Source: a virus (Duplodnaviria; Caudoviricetes). From it: a DNA stretch of 64,000 bases. The notes beneath the pieces were generated by a model. The model made no database searches, had not been told where the DNA came from, and saw only the letters and a program-made list of their open reading frames with translations. Numbering within the stretch: position 1 is the first letter of the stretch; each line of letters starts with the position of its first letter. A program made the position numbers and the translations under genes. Where the stretch lies: positions 1 to 64,000 of IMG/VR virus record IMGVR_UViG_3300014204_000153. One strand, 5' to 3'. Positions 1-8,920 of this stretch are shown here, piece by piece.

Positions 1-279
1 GTGAGGCCAAGCGGGATATATCCATCCCGCTTTGTTCATCGTGCTTGGAAATGGGTATGGACGCGGGCCATGAGACGGGAAGGTAAACGTGGAATTGAGA
101 AGGAGTCTGCTGGAACCATTCATGCCACCAAAGAGCGGGACACCGGCACGGATATGACAGTGACGCTCACCGAGAAAGACATTTCAGAGTTTAACAAAAA
201 AGTAGCTGGATTCAACGCCATCTTTGAGATGGCCGAGAAAATAGACCAGTCAAAACTTGACAAACACGTTGACATATAA
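1..279 (+). CDS. hypothetical protein (probably 5'-truncated by window edge)
   Basis: Open frame from position 1, GC-richer codon usage like neighbours; no motif recognised. Confidence 0.5.
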   Translation: MRPSGIYPSRFVHRAWKWVWTRAMRREGKRGIEKESAGTIHATKERDTGTDMTVTLTEKDISEFNKKVAGFNAIFEMAEKIDQSKLDKHVDI

Positions 280-294
280 GAGCGAGGTGAAGTC

Positions 295-414
295 ATGAAT
301 CCATCCGGACATTGCCCGCACTGTGGCGCACCATACTACCTCCAACCCACCGACCCGCACGGTCAGGGACCGAGAGTCTATACCTGTGAGTGTGAGAGAG
401 GATGGGCTAAATGA
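295..414 (+). CDS. 39-aa putative zinc-ribbon peptide
   Basis: GAGGTG RBS, MNPSGHCPHCGAPYYL...YTCECERGWAK; stop overlaps next ATG (ATGA). Confidence 0.45.
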   Translation: MNPSGHCPHCGAPYYLQPTDPHGQGPRVYTCECERGWAK

Positions 415-551
415 GCAATTCGACCGAAACAGTTGTTGTCCAATACCGTGTTGTTCAGACAACTTTGAGACCATGTGATAAGCGTACTTTTGCCTCTCTT
501 CGATATGCTCCGAAGAAACCGATATATAAAAAGCAAGGAAGCGAATCATGA
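411..551 (+). CDS. 46-aa hypothetical peptide
   Basis: ATGA-coupled to both neighbours; MSNSTETVVVQYRVVQ... Confidence 0.4.
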   Translation: MSNSTETVVVQYRVVQTTLRPCDKRTFASLRYAPKKPIYKKQGSES

Positions 552-631
552 ATCTTATACCAAATTTTATCTATAAATGGTATAGCCAAGTGGAGCGAAT
601 ACTACCATCCATCAAAGCCGCGCTCACATAA
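548..631 (+). pseudogene. 27-aa truncated copy of the 5' end of the ORF at 1649
   Basis: MNLIPNFIYKWY vs MNLIPDFIYKWF; 30/34 nt identical, then diverges. Confidence 0.45.
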
Positions 632-637
632 AGGAGA

Positions 638-1354
638 ATGACGATGAACGAACATAATGACATAAAACTCTGTGCCACTATTCGATGTGGACATAACCGG
701 CCACCCGCACCATGCAAAATTGAAAGCGAACTCCGCGCCGCCCTCGATGAGAAGGACAAGAAGATTGAGGAGTGGAAGTCCGCCTATGCCAACCTATACG
801 ACGAGGCAAGCAGGGCAATGGCCAACGAGCGCAAGAAGCGTATGGAAGAGTATGACACATACAGCACCACGCTTGCGGCGCGGGACAAGGAGATTGCCCA
901 GCTTCGCGCCTTGCATGACCAGATGGTAACGCAAATGGTCGAGGCTGACATGCTCGGTATGCGGTACAAGGAAGAGGCGGAACGGCTCAAGGCCGAATTC
1001 ACCAGCTACTCCATCATGGGAGACGTGTCCGAGGCTATTGCCTTCCATATGATACATTCATGGATGAGGGCTATTCAGACGGCATGGCAGAAGCAGAATG
1101 AGGCCATCAAGGTGCGGGATACCATAATAAAAGAATTGGTTGAATCATCACGAGAAGTTCTTTCTTCTGCGGTAATATTGTCCAAAGAGTATTTGAGCGT
1201 ATTCGACACTTGGCCAGATACAGCAACAATACAGGGCTGGGATAAAAAACGATGGGTGTGTGCACTTAAGGCAAAAGATAGGATGAATAACGCTCTCGCC
1301 AAAGCCACCGAGCAATTCGGATGGAGAAGCCATGAACAACTGTTTCGACGATGA
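638..1354 (+). CDS. coiled-coil hypothetical protein
   Basis: AAGGAG RBS; heptad-rich E/K/A/R sequence; N-terminal CxxxxCxH. Confidence 0.7.
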   Translation: MTMNEHNDIKLCATIRCGHNRPPAPCKIESELRAALDEKDKKIEEWKSAYANLYDEASRAMANERKKRMEEYDTYSTTLAARDKEIAQLRALHDQMVTQMVEADMLGMRYKEEAERLKAEFTSYSIMGDVSEAIAFHMIHSWMRAIQTAWQKQNEAIKVRDTIIKELVESSREVLSSAVILSKEYLSVFDTWPDTATIQGWDKKRWVCALKAKDRMNNALAKATEQFGWRSHEQLFRR

Positions 1355-1652
1355 CCGCTCTCTTGGAAGCCTTGAGCCTGACAGGGAAAGCTATGAAGCC
1401 TATGAGAAGGAGCGTGACCCATCTTTGAAGATTGCGCACGAGCAATCATATGGGCCAGGAACGATAAATGAGAGCAGGACGGAACCTAAGTTTAAGCCCG
1501 GTGACGAAGTGACACATGTTGAACTAGGCGGTGCCTTCATTGTAACCAACTGGTATTGGTTCAACGATATGTGGTGGTATAACACGGGTAGGTCCACTGT
1601 TATAGCTGTAGGTGAGTCGAAGTTGAGGCTTGTCAAGAAGGAGAAACCATGA
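1332..1652 (+). CDS. hypothetical protein with C-terminal SH3/KOW-like motif
   Basis: GGAG RBS; KFKPGDEVTHVELGGAFIV pattern. Confidence 0.6.
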   Translation: MNNCFDDDRSLGSLEPDRESYEAYEKERDPSLKIAHEQSYGPGTINESRTEPKFKPGDEVTHVELGGAFIVTNWYWFNDMWWYNTGRSTVIAVGESKLRLVKKEKP

Positions 1653-1954
1653 ACCTCATACCAGATTTTATTTATAAATGGTTCAATCGTAACAAATCCT
1701 CAATCCCACAACGAGGGGTTATGGTTCACGATTATAGTAAGCCACACTGCTATTGGGGACATGACTATGAAATATCAACAATGTCAGAAGATGGACGGAA
1801 GTTACATATACTTGGCTTTGGAAGTGGATTACATGTCGGTGATTTGTTTATTATAAGCAGTGGTGCAGGTGGGCAGATACACTATGAGATAAAATCCATA
1901 GATTATTATAGTGACCCTTCTGATATGTGGAGTGCGAACATTGAATTTATCTAA
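1649..1954 (+). CDS. hypothetical protein
   Basis: AAGGAG RBS, ATGA coupling. Confidence 0.7.
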   Translation: MNLIPDFIYKWFNRNKSSIPQRGVMVHDYSKPHCYWGHDYEISTMSEDGRKLHILGFGSGLHVGDLFIISSGAGGQIHYEIKSIDYYSDPSDMWSANIEFI

Positions 1955-1966
1955 TGAGGTAAAATA

Positions 1967-2380
1967 ATGAACATCATACGTGACAGAATAGTGATGAAAG
2001 TTGTTGAAGATAAACTAACCTTGGAAGATGAGGTTAGTCCAAAAATAATAATGCCGGAAGAGATTAAACGAATAGATACTTTAGCCACCGGTGTTTATCA
2101 AGTGACATTGATAGATGGAAAATTCTGTATTCTTGAACCTGGTAATCATCGGCTCGATCGTCCTACTGGAGAGAAGGTAGAAGAGCAAGAAATCTTTGAA
2201 AATGATCGTGTTAAATACACACGTGAAGATGATACTGATTTCTATGAGCCAGAAGGAACAATAAAATTTTCTTCTGGAAAATTTATTGTAGAATGGGATG
2301 ATTATGATAAAGAAGACCTATGTTACTATGATAGTATTCTCACTATTATAGGTATGGAACCATTTGAAGATAAGTTATAA
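1967..2380 (+). CDS. YopX-like phage protein
   Basis: GAGG RBS; EIFENDRVKY...GTIKFSSGKFIVEWD resembles the YopX EIYEGDIV...F..G.F motif. Confidence 0.5.
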   Translation: MNIIRDRIVMKVVEDKLTLEDEVSPKIIMPEEIKRIDTLATGVYQVTLIDGKFCILEPGNHRLDRPTGEKVEEQEIFENDRVKYTREDDTDFYEPEGTIKFSSGKFIVEWDDYDKEDLCYYDSILTIIGMEPFEDKL

Positions 2381-2407
2381 TTATTTTAAATAACTTCATA
2401 AAAGTAG

Positions 2408-2436
2408 TTGACATTTAACTACCAATGATTTATATT
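2408..2436 (+). promoter_or_regulatory. early sigma70 promoter cassette copy 1
   Basis: TTGACA-17 nt-TATATT followed by TTACTATTGAAATTGAAACAGAGG leader and GGAGAATGCAATGG. Confidence 0.85.
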
Positions 2437-2486
2437 ATTACTATTGAAATTGAAACAGAGGTAAAAACTTAAACTAGGAGAATGCA

Positions 2487-2627
2487 ATGGAAGAAATTAT
2501 CATTGAACTTGCTGAAGCATTGAAGTGGTATATTGAAAATGATGATGCAAATGAAGAAGATACTTATTATATGGCTGGGCAGAATCGAGCACGAGAAGCT
2601 CTTAAACGTTTTAATGAAGCTCGCTAG
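2487..2627 (+). CDS. 46-aa acidic early peptide
   Basis: AGGAG RBS directly after promoter cassette; MEEIIIELAEALKWYIEN... Confidence 0.6.
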   Translation: MEEIIIELAEALKWYIENDDANEEDTYYMAGQNRAREALKRFNEAR

Positions 2628-2667
2628 GAAATGAATTTTCATAGAAATATAAACAGAGGAGAATGCA

Positions 2668-2895
2668 ATGGAAACCGCAAACAAACTTTCCCCCGAACAG
2701 ATTGAGAATTGGCGCAGAGTTCTTTTTGGAATGATTGGTCCGTACGCTATAATTATGCCTGATTATGAAATTCAGAGATACAAAGATAATCTTCAAGCCA
2801 AACTTAATAGTTTGGATGAAAATGAAATTGAACCCGATTTTAAACCGAAGCCTATGACAGCTATGGAACTTGCTTTCGCTAAAGTGAAAAAATAG
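2668..2895 (+). CDS. hypothetical early protein
   Basis: GAGGAGAATGCAATGG RBS/start identical to cassette leader. Confidence 0.7.
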   Translation: METANKLSPEQIENWRRVLFGMIGPYAIIMPDYEIQRYKDNLQAKLNSLDENEIEPDFKPKPMTAMELAFAKVKK

Positions 2896-2916
2896 TTTTA
2901 AACTTTGGAGGATATC

Positions 2917-4068
2917 ATGGAAAAGAATGAAATGAAATTTAAGATTCCTCTTCATTATCTCTCAGTTCTTGAGCGTGACATTGAAGATTTGAATAAAAAA
3001 GCTGAGAAGCTTGGTTGTGATAATGTCGAGCTTACAGTGATAAGGAAGTTTTACGAAAATTCCAATATCAATATGAATGAAATTCTCGCTTTTGCTGAAG
3101 TTAAAGTTTCTGGTTCTGCTCCGAAGTTCTCAGACTGGGAATGGGTTGGAGCTATCTTCACAGATCATCTTACTAAAGCTGTTACAGTAAGACGGCCTAA
3201 ACTCTGCAAATATGTAGATCTGACGAATTTTACTCTTACTCCAACACGATGTGATCATTGTGGTTTTAACAGAGACCGCAAATCGACTTATATCGTCATG
3301 AACGAGAAGACCGGCGAACTGAAACAGGTTGGTTCAACTTGTGTGAAGGATTTTACAGGTCATAAGTCGCCGGAAGCTGTTGCTGCTTACTACGAATCTC
3401 TAGCAGAAATATATGATACTTCCTTTGATGAACTTGAGAAGTACTTCACTTGTGGAAGTGGCCCAAGGTTTTATTCCAATGCTGAAAATTTTATAGCCGC
3501 AGCTGTACGTGACATTAGAACTCGTGGATATCATAAATCAGATGACAATGCTTCAACAAAATTAGTTGCTTTTAAGATGTCAAAAACTCTTTCTTTTACA
3601 GATAAAGAAAAAGCTTTTGCAAAGAAGGCTCTTGAATGGGCAGCTGATTCACATATAAAAGAGCCGAATGATTTTACATTCAATCTTTCATCTGTAGCAA
3701 AGGGTGCTCTTGAAAGTGGAGTTATTGAAATTAGGAATCTTGGTATTGCTGCATATATTCCTTGTTGTTATATAAGAAGCATAGAATCAGTTAAGAAAGA
3801 TTTTCAGGTTCCAGGACAGCCTGGAGAGAAAATTGAATTCTTGGCTCGCCTTCTTTATACAAAAAACAATGATTCATTCTACGGAATGAAAACTGAGCAT
3901 GTTATGGTTGGTGAAGATGGGAGAAGGTATATTTGGACAACATCTGATGAGAAAATGACAAATAATATTGATTATACTGTCGTTGCAACAATTAAGAATA
4001 ATTTTGAAACCAAAAACTATCATTTCACTGTTGTTAAAAGAGCTAAATTAAAGGAGAAAGTCAAATGA
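2917..4068 (+). CDS. conserved phage protein with CxxC...C zinc site and probable C-terminal OB fold
   Basis: GGAGG RBS before ATG 2917; CDHCGFNRDRKSTYIV...QVGSTCVKDFTG; beta-rich C-terminus. Confidence 0.7.
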   Translation: MEKNEMKFKIPLHYLSVLERDIEDLNKKAEKLGCDNVELTVIRKFYENSNINMNEILAFAEVKVSGSAPKFSDWEWVGAIFTDHLTKAVTVRRPKLCKYVDLTNFTLTPTRCDHCGFNRDRKSTYIVMNEKTGELKQVGSTCVKDFTGHKSPEAVAAYYESLAEIYDTSFDELEKYFTCGSGPRFYSNAENFIAAAVRDIRTRGYHKSDDNASTKLVAFKMSKTLSFTDKEKAFAKKALEWAADSHIKEPNDFTFNLSSVAKGALESGVIEIRNLGIAAYIPCCYIRSIESVKKDFQVPGQPGEKIEFLARLLYTKNNDSFYGMKTEHVMVGEDGRRYIWTTSDEKMTNNIDYTVVATIKNNFETKNYHFTVVKRAKLKEKVK

Positions 4069-4352
4069 TATACAAAACTATAAGAATAAAAAGAAAGTTC
4101 GATTTTAGTGAAAATATGAAAGGTAGAGATTATGATGAGTTTGAAGTAAATGAACTTCAGATGGATAGAGAAGATATTGGAAATTTTATAATGAGTGGAA
4201 GTCAAATGTTATTTTACACTAACACACCTGTCAGTATTGCTAAGATGGTTCTTATTACAAAGACTATTGAAGAAGCTAGGGATAAAATCGATAATCTTGT
4301 AAGAGATATCAAGTGGTTAAATGATGAAATGATTAAAACAATTGGGTTATAA
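4065..4352 (+). CDS. hypothetical protein
   Basis: AAGGAG RBS, ATGA coupling. Confidence 0.65.
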   Translation: MIYKTIRIKRKFDFSENMKGRDYDEFEVNELQMDREDIGNFIMSGSQMLFYTNTPVSIAKMVLITKTIEEARDKIDNLVRDIKWLNDEMIKTIGL

Positions 4353-4634
4353 ATGATAAGTATACAAGATACTATAAATGGATTATTCGAATTTATTTCT
4401 GGTATGTTTCTTTGGCATAGTGTGTATATTTTATTCAAAGATAAGACAGTAAAAGGAGTTAGTATAATTTCAACAGCTGTATTTTCTTCATGGGGAATAT
4501 GGAATCTTTATTATTATCCATTCCTTGGACAATGGATGAGTTTTCTCGGAGGTATTAATATTTTTACAGCTAATATTGTCTGGGTCTTTTTAGCAATTAA
4601 ATACACACAAAAAGTTAAGTTTTGGCACGGCTAG
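4353..4634 (+). CDS. three-helix membrane protein, SemiSWEET/PQ-loop-like
   Basis: 93 aa, three hydrophobic segments, KDKTVKGVS loop and WGIWNLYYY motif. Confidence 0.5.
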   Translation: MISIQDTINGLFEFISGMFLWHSVYILFKDKTVKGVSIISTAVFSSWGIWNLYYYPFLGQWMSFLGGINIFTANIVWVFLAIKYTQKVKFWHG

Positions 4635-4785
4635 AATATCATCTAGCGTTCATATCCAGCTTAAATGTTATATTCTAAAATATAAGTTATTTGATTAATC
4701 TACGTATCATCTAATGCAATCTAGACTACCTTTAAATATTCATTTTAAAGTTATATCCTCGCATTATTATTTTTCCTCATATTTC

Positions 4786-4856
4786 TAGTTTCTCTCCGTT
4801 TTTCTAACCTATAAATAACAAAATAAACAGTAGGTCAGAAAAACGGAGAGAAACTA
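4786..4856 (+). promoter_or_regulatory. T4-type late promoter TATAAATA (4810-4817) inside an RBS-sequestering inverted repeat
   Basis: TAGTTTCTCTCCGTTTTTCT (4786-4805) is the perfect reverse complement of 4837-4856, which contains the GGAGAG RBS of the next gene. Confidence 0.8.
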
Positions 4857-4858
4857 TT

Positions 4859-7800
4859 GTGAGTACTATCGATTATGGGTCTTATGAGTCTAATCAGTAT
4901 ACTGATGTGGACTATTCGACTTTATATGAAGCTCTTAAAGCTCATTTTCAGGATGATCCAGATTCTCCATTTAAAGATTATAATTTTGAAGCTTCGAATT
5001 TATCGCAGCTATTAAAGATACTTGCGTATGCTACTCATATAAATCTGTTTCATACTTCTTTAGCTTTAAATGAACAATTTCTTAGTACAGCTCGTCTTAG
5101 AAAGAATGTTGTGAAACAACTTCCAGCATATGGATATTCACAAAGAAGAAATACTGCTTCTCATAAATATCTAACTTTAAAGAATGATTCTACTTATGAT
5201 TATGTACTTCAAGATTTTACTGAGTTTGATGCTGTTGGTAATGAAGAAACTGATGATAAGAAGTTTTATAATATTGAATCTTACACTGTACCAGCTGGGG
5301 GTACAGAAGTAATAGCAGTGTATCAATCTTCAACAGATAATGGATATGTTGAAACAGATTTAGATATTTCTTCAGATGGTGATGTTCTTACAGAAGTCGC
5401 TATAGATGTTCCTGATTTAGCAGAACAATATCTTGTCGTCCAGACAGTGGAAGATGAAGATGTTGTATCCTGGATTCAATATGAAAGTCTAGATTCTTTA
5501 CAGAATCAATTAGATAATGCAGATCTTACTCTTCTTCCAAGTACTAATATTTACTTTTTAGATGAAACTGAAAATGGATATAAGATTAGATTTTCAACAA
5601 CTGGTATTGGAGCTAAACCAAATCCAGATGATGGAAAGACTTTAACTGTTAAATATATGGAATGTGACGGTTCAGCTTCTAATGGATTTTCAACTTCATC
5701 ATTCTCTTTTACTAATCCTCCAACTGGAATATCTATTCTCTCTGATACAGATATTCTTGCTTCAAGTTCTACCGGTGTAAGTTCAGGTGGTCAAGATAAA
5801 GAAACAGTTGAAGAACTTCGTGAAAATATGCTTTCAACATTCAGTACTCAAAATAGAGCTGTGACTGAATATGATTATACCAAACTTGGTAAAGCAAGTG
5901 AATTAATAGGTGAGACTGGAAACGTTCAAGTCTATGGAGGAGAAAAACATATATGCGGCAAAAGACTTGGAAAGGTGTTCATAGTCGCTTCCCCCGCTGG
6001 AGATACTCAGTTCTTCTTTTCAGACGCTGAAAAGACTGAGATAGAATCATATTTTAGAAAATATAATATTACTGGTATAACTCCATCGGTTCAGAATCCT
6101 CATTACATAAATGCTATAGCAGAGTATGACTTTGTATTCAAGTCACTTATATCAGACACAGCTGACATAGCTGCTCAACTTAAAGAAATTATTAGAGACT
6201 TCTTTAAATCTAACTTTGGTGAAACAATATATGTTCCTCAATTAGTAGAAGAAGTTAACCGAGTATTCGGTGTTGAATCTGCTTATGTTAAGACTAAATT
6301 TAGAATAATCTTCGACACTTTAAGCGATTTAACTGGAACATATAAATTAATTCCTCTTGTGTCTTCAGAAGCTAGTGATTTTATTGGAACATCTGGACAA
6401 ACATATTCTGGATATGTATTTGGATTCACAGATGATTCTGAATATTCTGGAGAAAATTATGGTGAAGTTGTTTCTGTAAATGTTGATGCTGGATATTTAG
6501 TAGTTAAGCAAGAATCTGGTGTTACTAATACTAATTTTGAGAAATTTGTAAAAGGAGCTACAGTTTCAGATTATCTATCTAGAAAAGATGCTTTAACAAT
6601 TCAATACTTACCGATAGATGGTTCGAATGATATTTACATATCAAACACGAATGGAATAATTGTTGATGGAGATGTAGTAGCATTATCTGGTGGAAGTGCT
6701 GTTACTACGGCTACTGTTACTGAAATAGAAAGAAGCTCATCTGGAAAAAGATATGCTTCTCTTCAACTTAATTCTTCTATATATGATGGAACAACTTACT
6801 TAAAAGTTGGTTCAGATGTAGTTAATGTTGGCTCAATAGTTGGAAGGGTTTTAGAATTAACTGGAACCACTCAGGTATTTTTATCTTATAATAGTGGTTC
6901 AGATTATTCTGAAGGACAGGATTTAGATTTTGGAACATCATATTCAGCTGGAAAGTTTAATATAGCCAAAAGACAGACTTTATATCTTTATTCAATAGTA
7001 AATGGTTCATCAGCTGGTGGAACTGGACTTATCTCTGTTGGAAATTCAATAGTAGATATGTATAGTGTTGTTGGAAATGTTGAAGCAGTTGGAACATGTG
7101 CTGGAGCTGGTTCTGGTTTTATAAATGTTTGGTGGACTGATTCAGATAATTATCAATCTGCTCCATTTTATGTTGAAATAGGAACTTCATGGTATGGCGG
7201 ATCTACAACTGGAAAGTTTGATGCTAAAGTTGTAGCAGTTGGAACAAGAACAGCTGGAGTTGGTCCAACTGGTTATAGAGTTAGAGTTTCAGAAGTTACT
7301 TCTGAAGGATTTCATATTGGTACTAGCAATATAGAACCCGGCGATTCTTGGGGATTTAATAGAATAGTTTCTATTGGTGCAAGTACTAATCTCATTACTG
7401 TTGAAGATCCTCTTAGAGGAATAGTAATAGGAGATTCAATTTGCAATTCTTCTACTGATCTTATTAGTACTGTGATTGGCGTTACTGGAAATACTATGAC
7501 TCTTGAAGATGGAACTGGATTTAATGTTGGAGCTCTTGTTCATCCAGGATATGATTGGTCTAGCGTTCAGTTCGCTAATATAGTTAGAGTCGATCCAGTT
7601 TATGATGAATCTGATGTAGTTATAGTAGTTTTAGATAATGCTGTTGGATTAGGATCTGCATCATTTTTGAAACAATCATCTGGTCTTGCTCAAATTACTG
7701 AGATTGGTACGAGTACAACTATTCTTGGATCTACTTCAAGCATAGCTGTATCAGTTAGTAATTCAACTGGTGTATTTTATGTTGGAGATAATAACACTCT

Positions 7801-8899
7801 CTGTGTACAAACTGCAGATATACCATTCGAGCCAATGTATACACTTAGCGGTAATATAGAAGACTTCACTACAGATTACATAATTCAATATGATGAAGAT
7901 GAAGAATTAAGATTCTTTATCAATAAATTAGATTATACTGAATCTGGGATGCTTGATTCTCATGCAATAGAAAAGAGCACTGTTGGTTATTCTCTTATGT
8001 TTAATACTACACAAAATCTTGATAGAACTGGAGTAAAAGTATGGGTTACGTATGGAACATCGTCTAAAACAGAATTAGAAACTGCAATGAATAAGAAATA
8101 CCAAGCAACTCTTAAAATTAATTCTGCTATAGGTGGAACATTTGGAGCAACAGTTAATGCTCTTGCTCAATCAGATAGAGTAACAATAAAAAATGGCACG
8201 AGTATTTTAGTAGCAGTTGTATCTGAAGTTTCTACTGTAAATTCAGTTTACACTCTTGATATTAGATATGATAGCGCAACATTTGTTTTTCCAGTTGGAA
8301 CTGCTAATAGTATTGTATATGGTGATGCTGGTCTAAGTTGGAATGGATCAAGTGCTAGAAATTATATTTTATCTATTGCTTCTGAGAAACAATCACCAGA
8401 CTCATTAATATTTTACTGCTCTGGAACTTCACTTGTATATTCAGGAACTGCTTTTTCATACGTTGAAGTTGATCTTCTTGAAGGAGATGTTGCAGTAAGA
8501 AGAGCAGAAACAGTAACTTCAATTCTTATAAACAGTGGTACAACTGGATTCCAATCTGTAGATACAACTAATAAGAGATTATATTTTACAGATACAAGTG
8601 GATTTCCGTTAACTGGTGGAACAGCTTCATATATTTTAAATATATGGAATTCAGCTCATTATGATTGGGATGAGTGGGAATATACAACTAATACTTCCAC
8701 TTCTAATCCGCCATATCTTGAGAGTATAAATGAACTCCCTGAAGATATAGCTGAAAACATGAGAGTTGTGTTTGATTTAGCAAGTCCTTTAAAAAGAGTA
8801 GAAGTAGCTTTTACTAATAAACTGGATAAATTGAAACTTGGAAATAGAGCTTTGTTCTACTCATCGGAAGATCTTGTTATACCGATAGAGAACAACTGA
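4859..8899 (+). CDS. gp6: baseplate wedge subunit, T4 gp6-like, greatly extended (1346 aa)
   Basis: LLKILAYATHINLFHTSLALNEQFLSTARLRKNVVK..AYGY; GGQDKETVEELRENM...TQNRAVTEYDY are gp6 hallmark motifs. Confidence 0.85.
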   Translation: MSTIDYGSYESNQYTDVDYSTLYEALKAHFQDDPDSPFKDYNFEASNLSQLLKILAYATHINLFHTSLALNEQFLSTARLRKNVVKQLPAYGYSQRRNTASHKYLTLKNDSTYDYVLQDFTEFDAVGNEETDDKKFYNIESYTVPAGGTEVIAVYQSSTDNGYVETDLDISSDGDVLTEVAIDVPDLAEQYLVVQTVEDEDVVSWIQYESLDSLQNQLDNADLTLLPSTNIYFLDETENGYKIRFSTTGIGAKPNPDDGKTLTVKYMECDGSASNGFSTSSFSFTNPPTGISILSDTDILASSSTGVSSGGQDKETVEELRENMLSTFSTQNRAVTEYDYTKLGKASELIGETGNVQVYGGEKHICGKRLGKVFIVASPAGDTQFFFSDAEKTEIESYFRKYNITGITPSVQNPHYINAIAEYDFVFKSLISDTADIAAQLKEIIRDFFKSNFGETIYVPQLVEEVNRVFGVESAYVKTKFRIIFDTLSDLTGTYKLIPLVSSEASDFIGTSGQTYSGYVFGFTDDSEYSGENYGEVVSVNVDAGYLVVKQESGVTNTNFEKFVKGATVSDYLSRKDALTIQYLPIDGSNDIYISNTNGIIVDGDVVALSGGSAVTTATVTEIERSSSGKRYASLQLNSSIYDGTTYLKVGSDVVNVGSIVGRVLELTGTTQVFLSYNSGSDYSEGQDLDFGTSYSAGKFNIAKRQTLYLYSIVNGSSAGGTGLISVGNSIVDMYSVVGNVEAVGTCAGAGSGFINVWWTDSDNYQSAPFYVEIGTSWYGGSTTGKFDAKVVAVGTRTAGVGPTGYRVRVSEVTSEGFHIGTSNIEPGDSWGFNRIVSIGASTNLITVEDPLRGIVIGDSICNSSTDLISTVIGVTGNTMTLEDGTGFNVGALVHPGYDWSSVQFANIVRVDPVYDESDVVIVVLDNAVGLGSASFLKQSSGLAQITEIGTSTTILGSTSSIAVSVSNSTGVFYVGDNNTLCVQTADIPFEPMYTLSGNIEDFTTDYIIQYDEDEELRFFINKLDYTESGMLDSHAIEKSTVGYSLMFNTTQNLDRTGVKVWVTYGTSSKTELETAMNKKYQATLKINSAIGGTFGATVNALAQSDRVTIKNGTSILVAVVSEVSTVNSVYTLDIRYDSATFVFPVGTANSIVYGDAGLSWNGSSARNYILSIASEKQSPDSLIFYCSGTSLVYSGTAFSYVEVDLLEGDVAVRRAETVTSILINSGTTGFQSVDTTNKRLYFTDTSGFPLTGGTASYILNIWNSAHYDWDEWEYTTNTSTSNPPYLESINELPEDIAENMRVVFDLASPLKRVEVAFTNKLDKLKLGNRALFYSSEDLVIPIENN

Positions 8900-8920
8900 T
8901 ATTAGATCTGGAGAAGATAA

